From positions 186,001 to 250,000 of the IMG/VR virus record IMGVR_UViG_3300031884_000002: a DNA stretch of 64,000 nt. The stretch is one strand, 5' to 3'. The translations under genes were made by a program, and so were the position numbers. The notes under the pieces are model-generated. The model was given only the letters and a program-made list of their open reading frames with translations, did no database searches and had not been told where the DNA came from. Below, piece by piece: positions 9,074 to 17,309 of the stretch (position 1 is the stretch's first letter; each line of letters starts with the position of its first letter).

Positions 9074-10118
9074 AATATTTATTTACAAATCTAATACATT
9101 TTTTAATTACTTTTTCTTTATTTTTAAGATATTCTTCTTCTGGAATTCTTAATATTTTATATCCTAATGATATTAAAAATAAATCTCTTCGCTTATCTTT
9201 TTCTATGATGGATGGGAAGGAATGCCAATAACTACCATCAAACTCTATTATAGCATTCCCACATTTAAAATCAACATAAATTAAGTTTAATCCATATTTT
9301 CCATTGGCAAAAAATGATTGTTCTTTATTATAGGTAAAATACTTTACCAATTCTTTTTGTTTAGATACTAATTTAGATGTTATATTATTAAACAACTCTT
9401 GTGATATTTTGCTGTATGGATTACTTTTACCTCTACAATTAGAAACCATTTTTTCTATATGGTTATAATATTTCTCAACCCCTTCAATCGAACCAAACCT
9501 TTCAATAAATCCTATTAGTGACAATGTATGATTTCTTTTATCATATGATGCCCTCCAACGTTTATATCCATCTTCTACTCCCCATTTACTTTGAAATTCC
9601 GGCAGCGTCCTTCCATTTTTCCATTTTCCTTTTTGCTTTCGTTTCTCAATTCCAAGTTTCCAATTTTTTAAATATTTCTCCCATTTTATTTTACCCTCTT
9701 CTTTTCCATATTTTTTAATATATCCATCCAATCCTAAATTAGATATTTTTCTTTTAGATATTATTTCTTTTTGTTCCACTGTATAATTTTGATTTCGTGC
9801 TGTAATTTTTTTATTTTGCTCCTCAAATATTTGTTTGCCGATTAAATCACCATATCTATGTTGTAATGATGCTAATGAAAATCCATCTTTTCCGAATTTT
9901 TTCGATTCGGTCAACCTCTTTACCCAACTTCCATCAACATTATATTTTAATAATTTAACTATCATTTCTTTTTTTATATTTCTAATATAATTTTTATTAA
10001 ATATTTTTATTATACTATCAATTTCCAATAAAGAGTGATTAGTTAAAATTGCCTTAAATGGAGCCGCAAATTTTTGTGATAAAAAATGTTCTCTATTTTT
10101 GTAATATAATTCTTTCAT
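9060..10118 (-). CDS. Free-standing Vsr-like homing endonuclease between the helicase intein halves
   Basis: KYG/KWG/RFG repeats; YVDFKC..IIEFDGSYWH..GYKILRIPE; same family as 5272..6270. Confidence 0.85.
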   Translation of the reverse strand: MKELYYKNREHFLSQKFAAPFKAILTNHSLLEIDSIIKIFNKNYIRNIKKEMIVKLLKYNVDGSWVKRLTESKKFGKDGFSLASLQHRYGDLIGKQIFEEQNKKITARNQNYTVEQKEIISKRKISNLGLDGYIKKYGKEEGKIKWEKYLKNWKLGIEKRKQKGKWKNGRTLPEFQSKWGVEDGYKRWRASYDKRNHTLSLIGFIERFGSIEGVEKYYNHIEKMVSNCRGKSNPYSKISQELFNNITSKLVSKQKELVKYFTYNKEQSFFANGKYGLNLIYVDFKCGNAIIEFDGSYWHSFPSIIEKDKRRDLFLISLGYKILRIPEEEYLKNKEKVIKKCIRFVNKYYERT

Positions 10119-10151
10119 ATTATATAAATATGGACCGTAACCACAAAAACA

Positions 10152-11501
10152 TCATTTTTTAGTAAATAATTTATCTCCTATAGATAAGCCACTTATAATA
10201 CTTTTTAGTTTTTCATATTGTGTTGGAAACCTATGATTTTCAGAACATTCTATAATTTTACCACTTTTCAATGTAATTCTATACACTGGTTGTTTTTTAA
10301 CAGGATATATATAAGATACTTTTCTATATCCGTTATGTGTTAATATCTTATCTCCAACTATTATATTTTTGATTTTAATATTACCTTTAAGTTCTTCGTT
10401 CACAATAGTTTGTAAAGACAAACACCGATTAGCCTGAGAGACCGACCAACCGGCTATTTGGAGTGACCCTAATACAGACCTGACCTCTTCGCTTTTTGCC
10501 CCGGCATCTTCATATGATTTAGAACCTTTGGGTGCAGTCGAAGATAATAACAAATCCACATAGTCAACTACCCACATATCAATATGAATACCGGTGACAA
10601 TTTGAAGATGTTCGGTAAATGCTTTTAAAGTATCAGCCGTAGCTGTTTTTAATGGAAAATATTTAATGTATAAAGTGCCAGCCCCATTAGCCTTCGTAGC
10701 ATCCAACGCTACTTTTATTTTAGCCTTATTTGCTTGACGTTCTTGAAATGGAATGCCAGATAAATAAGAATCATATCTGTGACCAGTATAATCAGCACTT
10801 AATTCCATGGTAAAATGAAGAACATTTTTTCCTTGTTTAAGTGCTTCCGCTCCAAAATTAACCAATGTCCAGCTTTTACATCCACCGGGATTTCCACATA
10901 TAATACCCAATTCTCCCTTTCCCAATCCGCCATCCATCAATTTATCTAAAATTGGTTGATTTGTTTTTATTGTGTATCGAGTATCTTTAGACGACCTAGT
11001 TTCAAAACTCTCAAAATAATTTTCCCCAATATCTCTATCCATTCCAGCTTTAAGAGCTTCATCTAACTTTAATTTAATAGTATCAAACTTTTGATTTTTA
11101 AGAAGTTCTAATGAATCTGCAATTGCCGATTTTAATTTTTGATGCTTACAAAACTCTAAAAACTTATCCTTAACATACGTTAAATCGGTAGCAGATGCAT
11201 TTTTAAAAGCGGATAATAACTGGGATTTTACCGCCATTTGAAGGGTACTATCAGAAATTAAATTACATTCTTGTCCCAAAATCATCATAGTAGGAGTATC
11301 TTTATACTGTTTCCAGTGGTCTATGATTTTGGAAACTATCCATTTTTGTTGGTCGGTATCAAAAAAATCAGGAGTTAATATATCATATATTCTCTCCAAA
11401 AAAGCCCTATCTGAAATTAGAACTGAAATTACTTTTGCTTGAAACTCTTTTTCATATTGTCGGGATGCTAACGTATCTACTTTATTATATTCTTCATTCA
11501 T
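10152..11501 (-). CDS. Replicative helicase (T4 gp41/DnaB-like) N-fragment: 359-aa extein plus 90-aa IntN
   Basis: GGLGKGEL..GNPGGCKS, HFTMEL, VVDYVDLL, SQANR|CLSLQT..CSENHRFPT. Confidence 0.9.
   Translation of the reverse strand: MNEEYNKVDTLASRQYEKEFQAKVISVLISDRAFLERIYDILTPDFFDTDQQKWIVSKIIDHWKQYKDTPTMMILGQECNLISDSTLQMAVKSQLLSAFKNASATDLTYVKDKFLEFCKHQKLKSAIADSLELLKNQKFDTIKLKLDEALKAGMDRDIGENYFESFETRSSKDTRYTIKTNQPILDKLMDGGLGKGELGIICGNPGGCKSWTLVNFGAEALKQGKNVLHFTMELSADYTGHRYDSYLSGIPFQERQANKAKIKVALDATKANGAGTLYIKYFPLKTATADTLKAFTEHLQIVTGIHIDMWVVDYVDLLLSSTAPKGSKSYEDAGAKSEEVRSVLGSLQIAGWSVSQANRCLSLQTIVNEELKGNIKIKNIIVGDKILTHNGYRKVSYIYPVKKQPVYRITLKSGKIIECSENHRFPTQYEKLKSIISGLSIGDKLFTKK
10155..10424 (-). 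mobile_element. Split intein helicase, N-fragment (90 aa)
   Basis: Block A CLSLQT and block B CSENHRF; resembles gp41-type split inteins as I recall them. Confidence 0.9.
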
Positions 11502-11585
11502 AGTTTAACAGTCTATAGTAAAAATAAGTATCTTTCAACTTTTTTTAAAACCGGATTTTATTAAACTTTTTTATATTAAAATAAT

Positions 11586-11613
11586 TTGACATTTTTCATT
11601 TTTAATATATACT
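11586..11613 (+). promoter_or_regulatory. sigma70-type promoter TTGACA-16-TATACT
   Basis: Upstream of 11686; the leader has SD-like AGAAAAGG. Confidence 0.7.
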
Positions 11614-11685
11614 TATAGGTAAGATACGAAATCGGATGTAGGTCCGCCAAGTTCTTAAATATTAACAATAAAAGAAAAGGTATAT

Positions 11686-12516
11686 ATGTCAAACTACGAA
11701 ATAAATGTTCTCGTCAATGGTTCACGTTGTAAAATCTATTCCCACAATGGAAAACGATTTATAGAAGCAAAATCAGGTTCTAATTATGTATTAGAAATTA
11801 AAAATAATTCATATAATAGAGTTCTATCAGTATCCAGTGTCGATTCGTTAAATACGATTACTGGAAAAAATGAAGATGCATTAACTGGGGCTGGTTATGT
11901 TATAAATGGATATACATCCGTAAAAATAGATGGATTTAGAATTAGCGATAATGAGGTATCACAATTTAAGTTCGATGTAAAATCAAAAGGATATGCCGCA
12001 TCTAAAAAAGATGGAAGTGAACGTAATGTTGGAGTTATTGGTGTTCGTATTTTTAATGAAAAAATAAAACCGACAGTAAGTTATACTAAATATAATAACG
12101 ATTATCTAAGTTGTGATAATACAAACCCATCGAAATATTATAATGATATAACATGGGGAAGTTCGATACACTCCCAAACAATGTGTAATGCATCAAATTG
12201 CACGTCTAATTCTTCTATTGGTGGATTATATGGAGATGGTAAATATGGATACAACATAAATAACGTGGTGCAAAACTATCCAATAGAACCCAGAGGATTT
12301 GATATGTCAACTTCATTTGGAGAAGCGAAGGAAAGTAAAGTTATCGAAGTAGAGTTTGAAAGGCAAAATATAATAGATTCAATTGATATTTATTACGCTA
12401 CAAGGGAATCTTTAATTGAGATGGGAGTTCCTATAACAAGTGAAAAACAAGTAGCATTTCCCGAACCTTTCAAAGAATCAAGATACTGTGAGCCTCCTAA
12501 AAATTGGAAACCATAA
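11686..12516 (+). CDS. Hypothetical beta-rich protein
   Basis: 276-aa ORF with promoter, SD-like sequence and terminator. Confidence 0.7.
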   Translation: MSNYEINVLVNGSRCKIYSHNGKRFIEAKSGSNYVLEIKNNSYNRVLSVSSVDSLNTITGKNEDALTGAGYVINGYTSVKIDGFRISDNEVSQFKFDVKSKGYAASKKDGSERNVGVIGVRIFNEKIKPTVSYTKYNNDYLSCDNTNPSKYYNDITWGSSIHSQTMCNASNCTSNSSIGGLYGDGKYGYNINNVVQNYPIEPRGFDMSTSFGEAKESKVIEVEFERQNIIDSIDIYYATRESLIEMGVPITSEKQVAFPEPFKESRYCEPPKNWKP

Positions 12517-12522
12517 ATAATA

Positions 12523-12543
12523 AAGCCCTTTTTATAAGGGCTT
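12523..12543. terminator. Probable bidirectional terminator between convergent genes
   Basis: aagccctt..aagggctt inverted repeat with A/T flanks. Confidence 0.7.
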
Positions 12544-12545
12544 AT

Positions 12546-13097
12546 TTATTGAGGATAAATGTCTTTTAGAAATTGAGGAGTTTCAAATACACTACCTTCT
12601 TTACAAATATTTCTATATAAATCTTTATAATATGTATTAGTATGAATATATTTAGGATTATATTCATCAAGTTTATGTAATAATGAAGTTGTCGTGGTTG
12701 GCATTTTTAAACACCATCCTACCATTGGTTTAGTATAAAAATCATCTTGGTCTGTTGGACTATCGAATACCACTTCTCCATATTCAATATCAACCTTATA
12801 TTCTCCATATACTGGTTCTTTTCGATACATATCATTATTATCATATGTAATAGGAATATAATTACGAGACATTTTAAGTATATCTCCTTCATATAAATCT
12901 TTTAAATAGTTGTCCTGAAGCCCAGTATATCTTTGTATAACACATTCTGATAAAGGTATTAACACAGTTGGTCCTGCATTTCCTAATACTACAATACAAT
13001 TAGATTCCAGTTCTTCAAATATAAAGTAATACATGTTATTTAACTTTTGATTCCATGCTCTAAATTTAAGAGTATTTATATCCATATTATTTTCCAT
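12546..13097 (-). CDS. YopX family protein (second copy)
   Basis: LKFRAWN..QRYTGLQDNYLKDLYEGDIL..GSVFETPQFL. Confidence 0.85.
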   Translation of the reverse strand: MENNMDINTLKFRAWNQKLNNMYYFIFEELESNCIVVLGNAGPTVLIPLSECVIQRYTGLQDNYLKDLYEGDILKMSRNYIPITYDNNDMYRKEPVYGEYKVDIEYGEVVFDSPTDQDDFYTKPMVGWCLKMPTTTTSLLHKLDEYNPKYIHTNTYYKDLYRNICKEGSVFETPQFLKDIYPQ

Positions 13098-14169
13098 CTC
13101 TTACTTGATTATCCAAGAATGAAAATACGTCAGATACCCAATTATTATAATCTGGCATATTTACATCTAATCTATCATTTCTTACTAATTTAAAAAATGC
13201 ATTTCTATCTAATTTTGGTATTTTATTTTCAGTTAATATTTCTTGAAGATGTAATTGGGAAGTAGTTCCTAACATAGTATCTTTTAATTGCATCAATGCA
13301 TAATTACGTTCTATTATAGATTTATTAGTAACAATATTCTCACATACTACAAACTTATTTCGCATATCAGTCGCATGATTCACAATCTCATCAATAGTAT
13401 GAATTGTTTCTTCTTTTAAATATGGAAAATGCTTACATACAGTTTTTAAACCGGCTCTTTCAATTCCATTTATATTATCACTTTTATCTCCGTCCATACT
13501 TCTAAATAACACAAAATTATTAGGATGAATATTATATTCCGAAATAACTTCATTCACTCCATATATTCGTTTTTTAGTAGGAGAATATATTTGAACTTTA
13601 GAACTTGCCAACTGTAAAAAATCCTTATCAGTTGACATTATAGTTACTTTTTTGGAGTTTTTAAATTGCTCCAATGCCAGATAAGATATTACGTCATCGG
13701 CTTCAACCATATTTTCGCTTACTATATTTACTGGTAATACTTGAAGATAATTTATAAATTGAAGATATTCTTTTTGTTTCTGTTGGTCTTCATTATCAGG
13801 AGTAGAATCATCATCATATACTCTATTCAATCTAATTTTATTTGTGCTATATGCTTTATAGGCAGGGAAGATTGCTTTTCTTTTTTGAGACCCCCCAACT
13901 CCGTCAAATACTACTATACAACGAGAAGGAGTTAATAATTTAATTGCCGCACCTAAAGATTTTAGAGAAGCCACAACTCCACCACTATGTTCGCCATTGG
14001 CATTCATTGAGACGGTGGCACAAAATGCTCGGATGAATAGATTATTACCATCAACTATTAAGATATGATTATTAGTTTTATCTCTCCAGTTTAAATGGGA
14101 ATCCTTCATTTCGGACTTTATGTTTTTAAAAAAAGAAAATAACTTGGCTTTATCTAAATCATCACTCAT
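13087..14169 (-). CDS. 5'-3' exonuclease/flap endonuclease (PolI 5' nuclease, T4 RNase H-like)
   Basis: ILIVDGNNLFIRAF, VVFDG, EADDVI, STDKDFLQL, GDKSDNINGI. Confidence 0.92.
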   Translation of the reverse strand: MSDDLDKAKLFSFFKNIKSEMKDSHLNWRDKTNNHILIVDGNNLFIRAFCATVSMNANGEHSGGVVASLKSLGAAIKLLTPSRCIVVFDGVGGSQKRKAIFPAYKAYSTNKIRLNRVYDDDSTPDNEDQQKQKEYLQFINYLQVLPVNIVSENMVEADDVISYLALEQFKNSKKVTIMSTDKDFLQLASSKVQIYSPTKKRIYGVNEVISEYNIHPNNFVLFRSMDGDKSDNINGIERAGLKTVCKHFPYLKEETIHTIDEIVNHATDMRNKFVVCENIVTNKSIIERNYALMQLKDTMLGTTSQLHLQEILTENKIPKLDRNAFFKLVRNDRLDVNMPDYNNWVSDVFSFLDNQVRDGK

Positions 14170-14483
14170 AAGTTTTTAATCCAATTCCATAATTTATTAT
14201 ACCATTTTATAATATATTTTCGTTTATGTTCTTTAATTGCGGTTTTCAATACTTTAGTAGGATATAATCTATTATTTAAGTTTGGTTCATCCAAATAAAA
14301 AACCAATCCAGTTGCTTTAGATAAAGGCTGTATTTCTAAAAACTCTTTGATATCAAATGCCGGAAACTTTTTATTTATAGTAGGTAATGTTATTCCCTTA
14401 AAAGAATCAATAGTATTTGATTCAATTGGAATGTTGAATGGTTTACGTTGTTCGTTTAATATTTTTTCTTTACGATGTCCCAT
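14166..14483 (-). CDS. Small chimeric protein: major-capsid-like segment plus prohead-protease-like segment
   Basis: aa 28-65 FKGITLPTINKKFP..EIQPLSKATGLVFYLD resembles the gp23 QPxxxPTGxxF region; aa 68-91 match ORF 17310..17717. Confidence 0.55.
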   Translation of the reverse strand: MGHRKEKILNEQRKPFNIPIESNTIDSFKGITLPTINKKFPAFDIKEFLEIQPLSKATGLVFYLDEPNLNNRLYPTKVLKTAIKEHKRKYIIKWYNKLWNWIKNL

Positions 14484-14489
14484 ATAAAA

Positions 14490-14517
14490 AGTATATACTA
14501 AATTGAAACATAATCAA
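14490..14517 (-). promoter_or_regulatory. sigma70-type promoter TTGATT-16-TATACT, 6 nt from ATG
   Basis: Read on the minus strand. Confidence 0.65.
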
Positions 14518-14534
14518 CTTATTTTAGAAAATAA

Positions 14535-14561
14535 AAAAGAGTGGACTTTCACCACTCTTTT
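14535..14561 (-). terminator. Intrinsic terminator after the recA C-fragment
   Basis: aaaagagtgg..ccactctttt inverted repeat with T-tract. Confidence 0.75.
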
Positions 14562-14580
14562 CGGTAACTATTTAGAAGAG

Positions 14581-15858
14581 TTATTCTTCTGATTTTGATT
14601 CAGTAATAGGAGGAACTTCCTCTGATACTTCTTCAATGTCTTCCACAATTTTAGAATTAGGGTCTCTATAATTCATAATATAATCATTACAAATCACTTG
14701 ATAAAACTCTTCTTTAAGATCTTTATCAGAGTTCATAAGTTCTACAAACTTAGAAGTATTAAACTCCAATGATTCTCCATTTGCTCTTTTCCATGTATAT
14801 TTAGCAGCAGTTCCAGTTATAATTCCACGCTCTTTTGAGAAATTAAGCCAACTTGCCAAATCTTGGATACCGGAATCATAATGGATTTCAAATTGTGCTC
14901 CTCGTGCTCCCGGTCCCATTCTACTCTTAATAACTTGACAAGTACATTTTACTCCAATTACTTCATCATTTTTCTTCAATTTTCCAATGGTTCCCATTCT
15001 TACTCTGGTAGAACACGCATAACTTAAAGATTTTCCACCGGGAGTAGTCCATTTGTCTCCGAATGGACCTGCATTCATATTAAATCTTAATTGATTAGTA
15101 AATACAATCAGGATTCTTTGTTTAGCAATAAGACCGGTTATTTTTCGGAATGCCTTTCCTAAGATTAGGGATTTTCCTGTATTATATCCATCAATCCCAT
15201 GTTCTGCTTCAAGTTCTTTTTCGATAGTAGCTTGTGCTACTGAATCAATAAAAATAGTTAATAATTTATCTTTATTTGCTTTTCTAAAAGCACCTATACA
15301 AGTTTCTATATGTGTAAATAAATCTTCCAATGTTGTAAATGGAACATAATTTGTATTTTTAACATTTACTCCAAGCGCAGTCCAAAACTTTCTATCAACT
15401 GCAAACTCAGAATCAAAAAATACACTATATCCACCAAGTTTACTTGTTTCTGCAATAATATGAGCGCACATTAAAGATTTACCGGTGTTATGATTTAGCA
15501 TCCCATTTCCAAAATAACAATGTTCTGGATGTTCGACCGTAATATCTACAATTTTATATTTTCCAATTAAAGCAACTGATAATACTATACTATAAGTTTC
15601 ATCATCACATAAAATACTATGTTTATTAGGGATTATATCTTTACATTCTACCCATCCAGAATTTGTAAAAAACTTATGTTCTCGACTCACTTTTATAGTT
15701 TTTCCATTATCTAATGTTACTAAATATGTATCCAATATACCTTTATTAACAAATCTGGTTATTTTTGTATATTCACCATTCAATGTTTTTACTTTTATGG
15801 TTTTTCCTTCTTTAAGGAGAGAATCTACTTCTCCTACAGTTATTATTTTTTTATTCAT
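14581..15858 (-). CDS. recA: RecA/UvsX C-fragment: 124-aa IntC plus 301-aa C-extein
   Basis: ..VSREHKFF..IVDITVEHPEHCYFGNGMLNHN|TGKSL..FFDSE..IFIDSVA..FTNQLR..TTPGGKSL. Confidence 0.9.
   Translation of the reverse strand: MNKKIITVGEVDSLLKEGKTIKVKTLNGEYTKITRFVNKGILDTYLVTLDNGKTIKVSREHKFFTNSGWVECKDIIPNKHSILCDDETYSIVLSVALIGKYKIVDITVEHPEHCYFGNGMLNHNTGKSLMCAHIIAETSKLGGYSVFFDSEFAVDRKFWTALGVNVKNTNYVPFTTLEDLFTHIETCIGAFRKANKDKLLTIFIDSVAQATIEKELEAEHGIDGYNTGKSLILGKAFRKITGLIAKQRILIVFTNQLRFNMNAGPFGDKWTTPGGKSLSYACSTRVRMGTIGKLKKNDEVIGVKCTCQVIKSRMGPGARGAQFEIHYDSGIQDLASWLNFSKERGIITGTAAKYTWKRANGESLEFNTSKFVELMNSDKDLKEEFYQVICNDYIMNYRDPNSKIVEDIEEVSEEVPPITESKSEE
15487..15858 (-). mobile_element. Atypically split intein RecA, long C-fragment (blocks B, F, G; +1 Thr)
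   Basis: Block B SREH and terminal HN|T in one ORF; block A absent. Confidence 0.9.
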
Positions 15859-16940
15859 ATAATATTTCTTTTTAATTTTTCTAAATTTTTATTGTCTATT
15901 ATTATTTTACCAGAATTTATAAGAGTCGATATAAAATTAATATCATATTTTGATATGTCAATATCATTCTCCGTCAAATACCCTCCATATTTTAAATTAA
16001 ATCTGGAACAATATTCTTTTAATGCCTCTGATTTTAACACATTTAATCTAATTGGCAACATATTATATGGTTTTATTTCATAAATCGAATTTCCTATTAC
16101 TATATCAGGACAGTATGTTCGACCAATTCCCATATCATCTTTATATTTTATTCTATGTTTTGATATTTGGAATGTAATATTGTTAAAAATCAAATGACAC
16201 ATTATTCGCAATTCTAATGAAGATCTACAAAAATATTTTATTCCATCGTTTAATATCCAACACTTAACTCCAATTCCTGCATTTTTTCCGGGCGATTTAC
16301 CATACATCGGATTTAACCGTCCGGTTTGTGGATTATTTTTAGGATATCCGTATTTTTCACATAATTGCTTGCATTTTACACTTCCAAATCCAAATTCATT
16401 CTTCAATGTATTATAAACTTGCTGTTTATATTTTAACTTATGTTTTAATTCCTCAAATCTCTTTATGATTTTTGAGGTAATTGGTTTTAATTCTACTCCC
16501 CGTGTAATTGGTATTGCTTTTCTTCCGTTTATCTTAGACTGTATATTAATATAATTTTTAGAATTCTCTTTTCTCTGTATATCTAAATTTTTATATTTTA
16601 AAAAATATAAAACTTGCTTATGCGAAATATTTTTCATTATGTTTTTAACATCTTGTAATATTCCTCCATTATTAATGGATTCCAATACTAACATTCCATA
16701 TATTTTATCTAATTCTATAAGTTTTATATTTCTTTTAGCAAGCGCATATTCACTAAGTTGATTTGATTTATATTTAATGTTATTATATTTTAATTTATCA
16801 ACTAAATTAAATTCATTTGCAATTCTCCTAATAGGCTTTCTTCCAATTTTTAATTGGAAGATTTCCGTTTCGCTTAAACCATCGTGTATAGATGATATAA
16901 TCGTGTCTATTGTCTGTGCATCTGTTACTTTTTTAGCCAT
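15855..16940 (-). CDS. Free-standing endonuclease, TnsA-like PD-(D/E)xK, between the RecA intein halves
   Basis: NPMYGK motif; CRSSLE..IKYKD..RTYCPDIVI..YEIKP; ATGA overlap with the IntC ORF. Confidence 0.75.
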   Translation of the reverse strand: MAKKVTDAQTIDTIISSIHDGLSETEIFQLKIGRKPIRRIANEFNLVDKLKYNNIKYKSNQLSEYALAKRNIKLIELDKIYGMLVLESINNGGILQDVKNIMKNISHKQVLYFLKYKNLDIQRKENSKNYINIQSKINGRKAIPITRGVELKPITSKIIKRFEELKHKLKYKQQVYNTLKNEFGFGSVKCKQLCEKYGYPKNNPQTGRLNPMYGKSPGKNAGIGVKCWILNDGIKYFCRSSLELRIMCHLIFNNITFQISKHRIKYKDDMGIGRTYCPDIVIGNSIYEIKPYNMLPIRLNVLKSEALKEYCSRFNLKYGGYLTENDIDISKYDINFISTLINSGKIIIDNKNLEKLKRNII

Positions 16941-16987
16941 AATATTTAATATTGGTAATATAATATAAATATCAGGCTACATAAAAA

Positions 16988-17305
16988 TTATTCAATAATA
17001 ACTTCAATTAAAGTATCTTCCGTAACACAGCCTTCTAATCCTGATAATTCGGTCACTCTACCTACAGGTAGACCTCCGTGTGCTCTATTAGAAATTGCCA
17101 AATCTAATAAAGTTGAACCGGTTGATACCCATTCTTTTATTTCGGATGGATTATCATCTTCATCTACGAAATATGCTACTTTGGTTCCATCTTTAGATGC
17201 CTTATTCATTGCGGTTTGTAGCAACAACGCTAAATCATCTCTATTAACATTAGACTCTACTTCTACATGTTTTGATTTTGTATTTATATTTTTTTCTTTT
17301 GCCAT
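16988..17305 (-). CDS. recA: RecA/UvsX N-fragment: 92-aa extein plus 13-aa IntN
   Basis: VSTGSTLLDLAIS..GGLPVGRVTELSGLEG|CVTEDTLIEVIIE*. Confidence 0.9.
   Translation of the reverse strand: MAKEKNINTKSKHVEVESNVNRDDLALLLQTAMNKASKDGTKVAYFVDEDDNPSEIKEWVSTGSTLLDLAISNRAHGGLPVGRVTELSGLEGCVTEDTLIEVIIE
16991..17029 (-). mobile_element. Atypically split intein RecA, 13-aa N-fragment
   Basis: Block A only (CVTEDTLI), then TAA. Confidence 0.85.
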
Positions 17306-17309
17306 AATT

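Noticed and set aside
15855-16940. Tn7-like transposon, suggested by the TnsA-like motif
   Set aside because: No TnsB or TnsC, terminal repeats or target duplication; the context is that of a homing endonuclease
4568-17305. Group I/II introns as the cause of the interrupted RNR, helicase and recA
   Set aside because: Both sides of each break carry intein blocks (Cys start, HN|C/S/T end), and the non-coding gaps flanking the nucleases are under 50 nt, too short for a ribozyme core
4568-17305. Pseudogenes or assembly frameshifts
   Set aside because: Breaks fall inside inteins, exteins join without loss, and each fragment has its own start and stop
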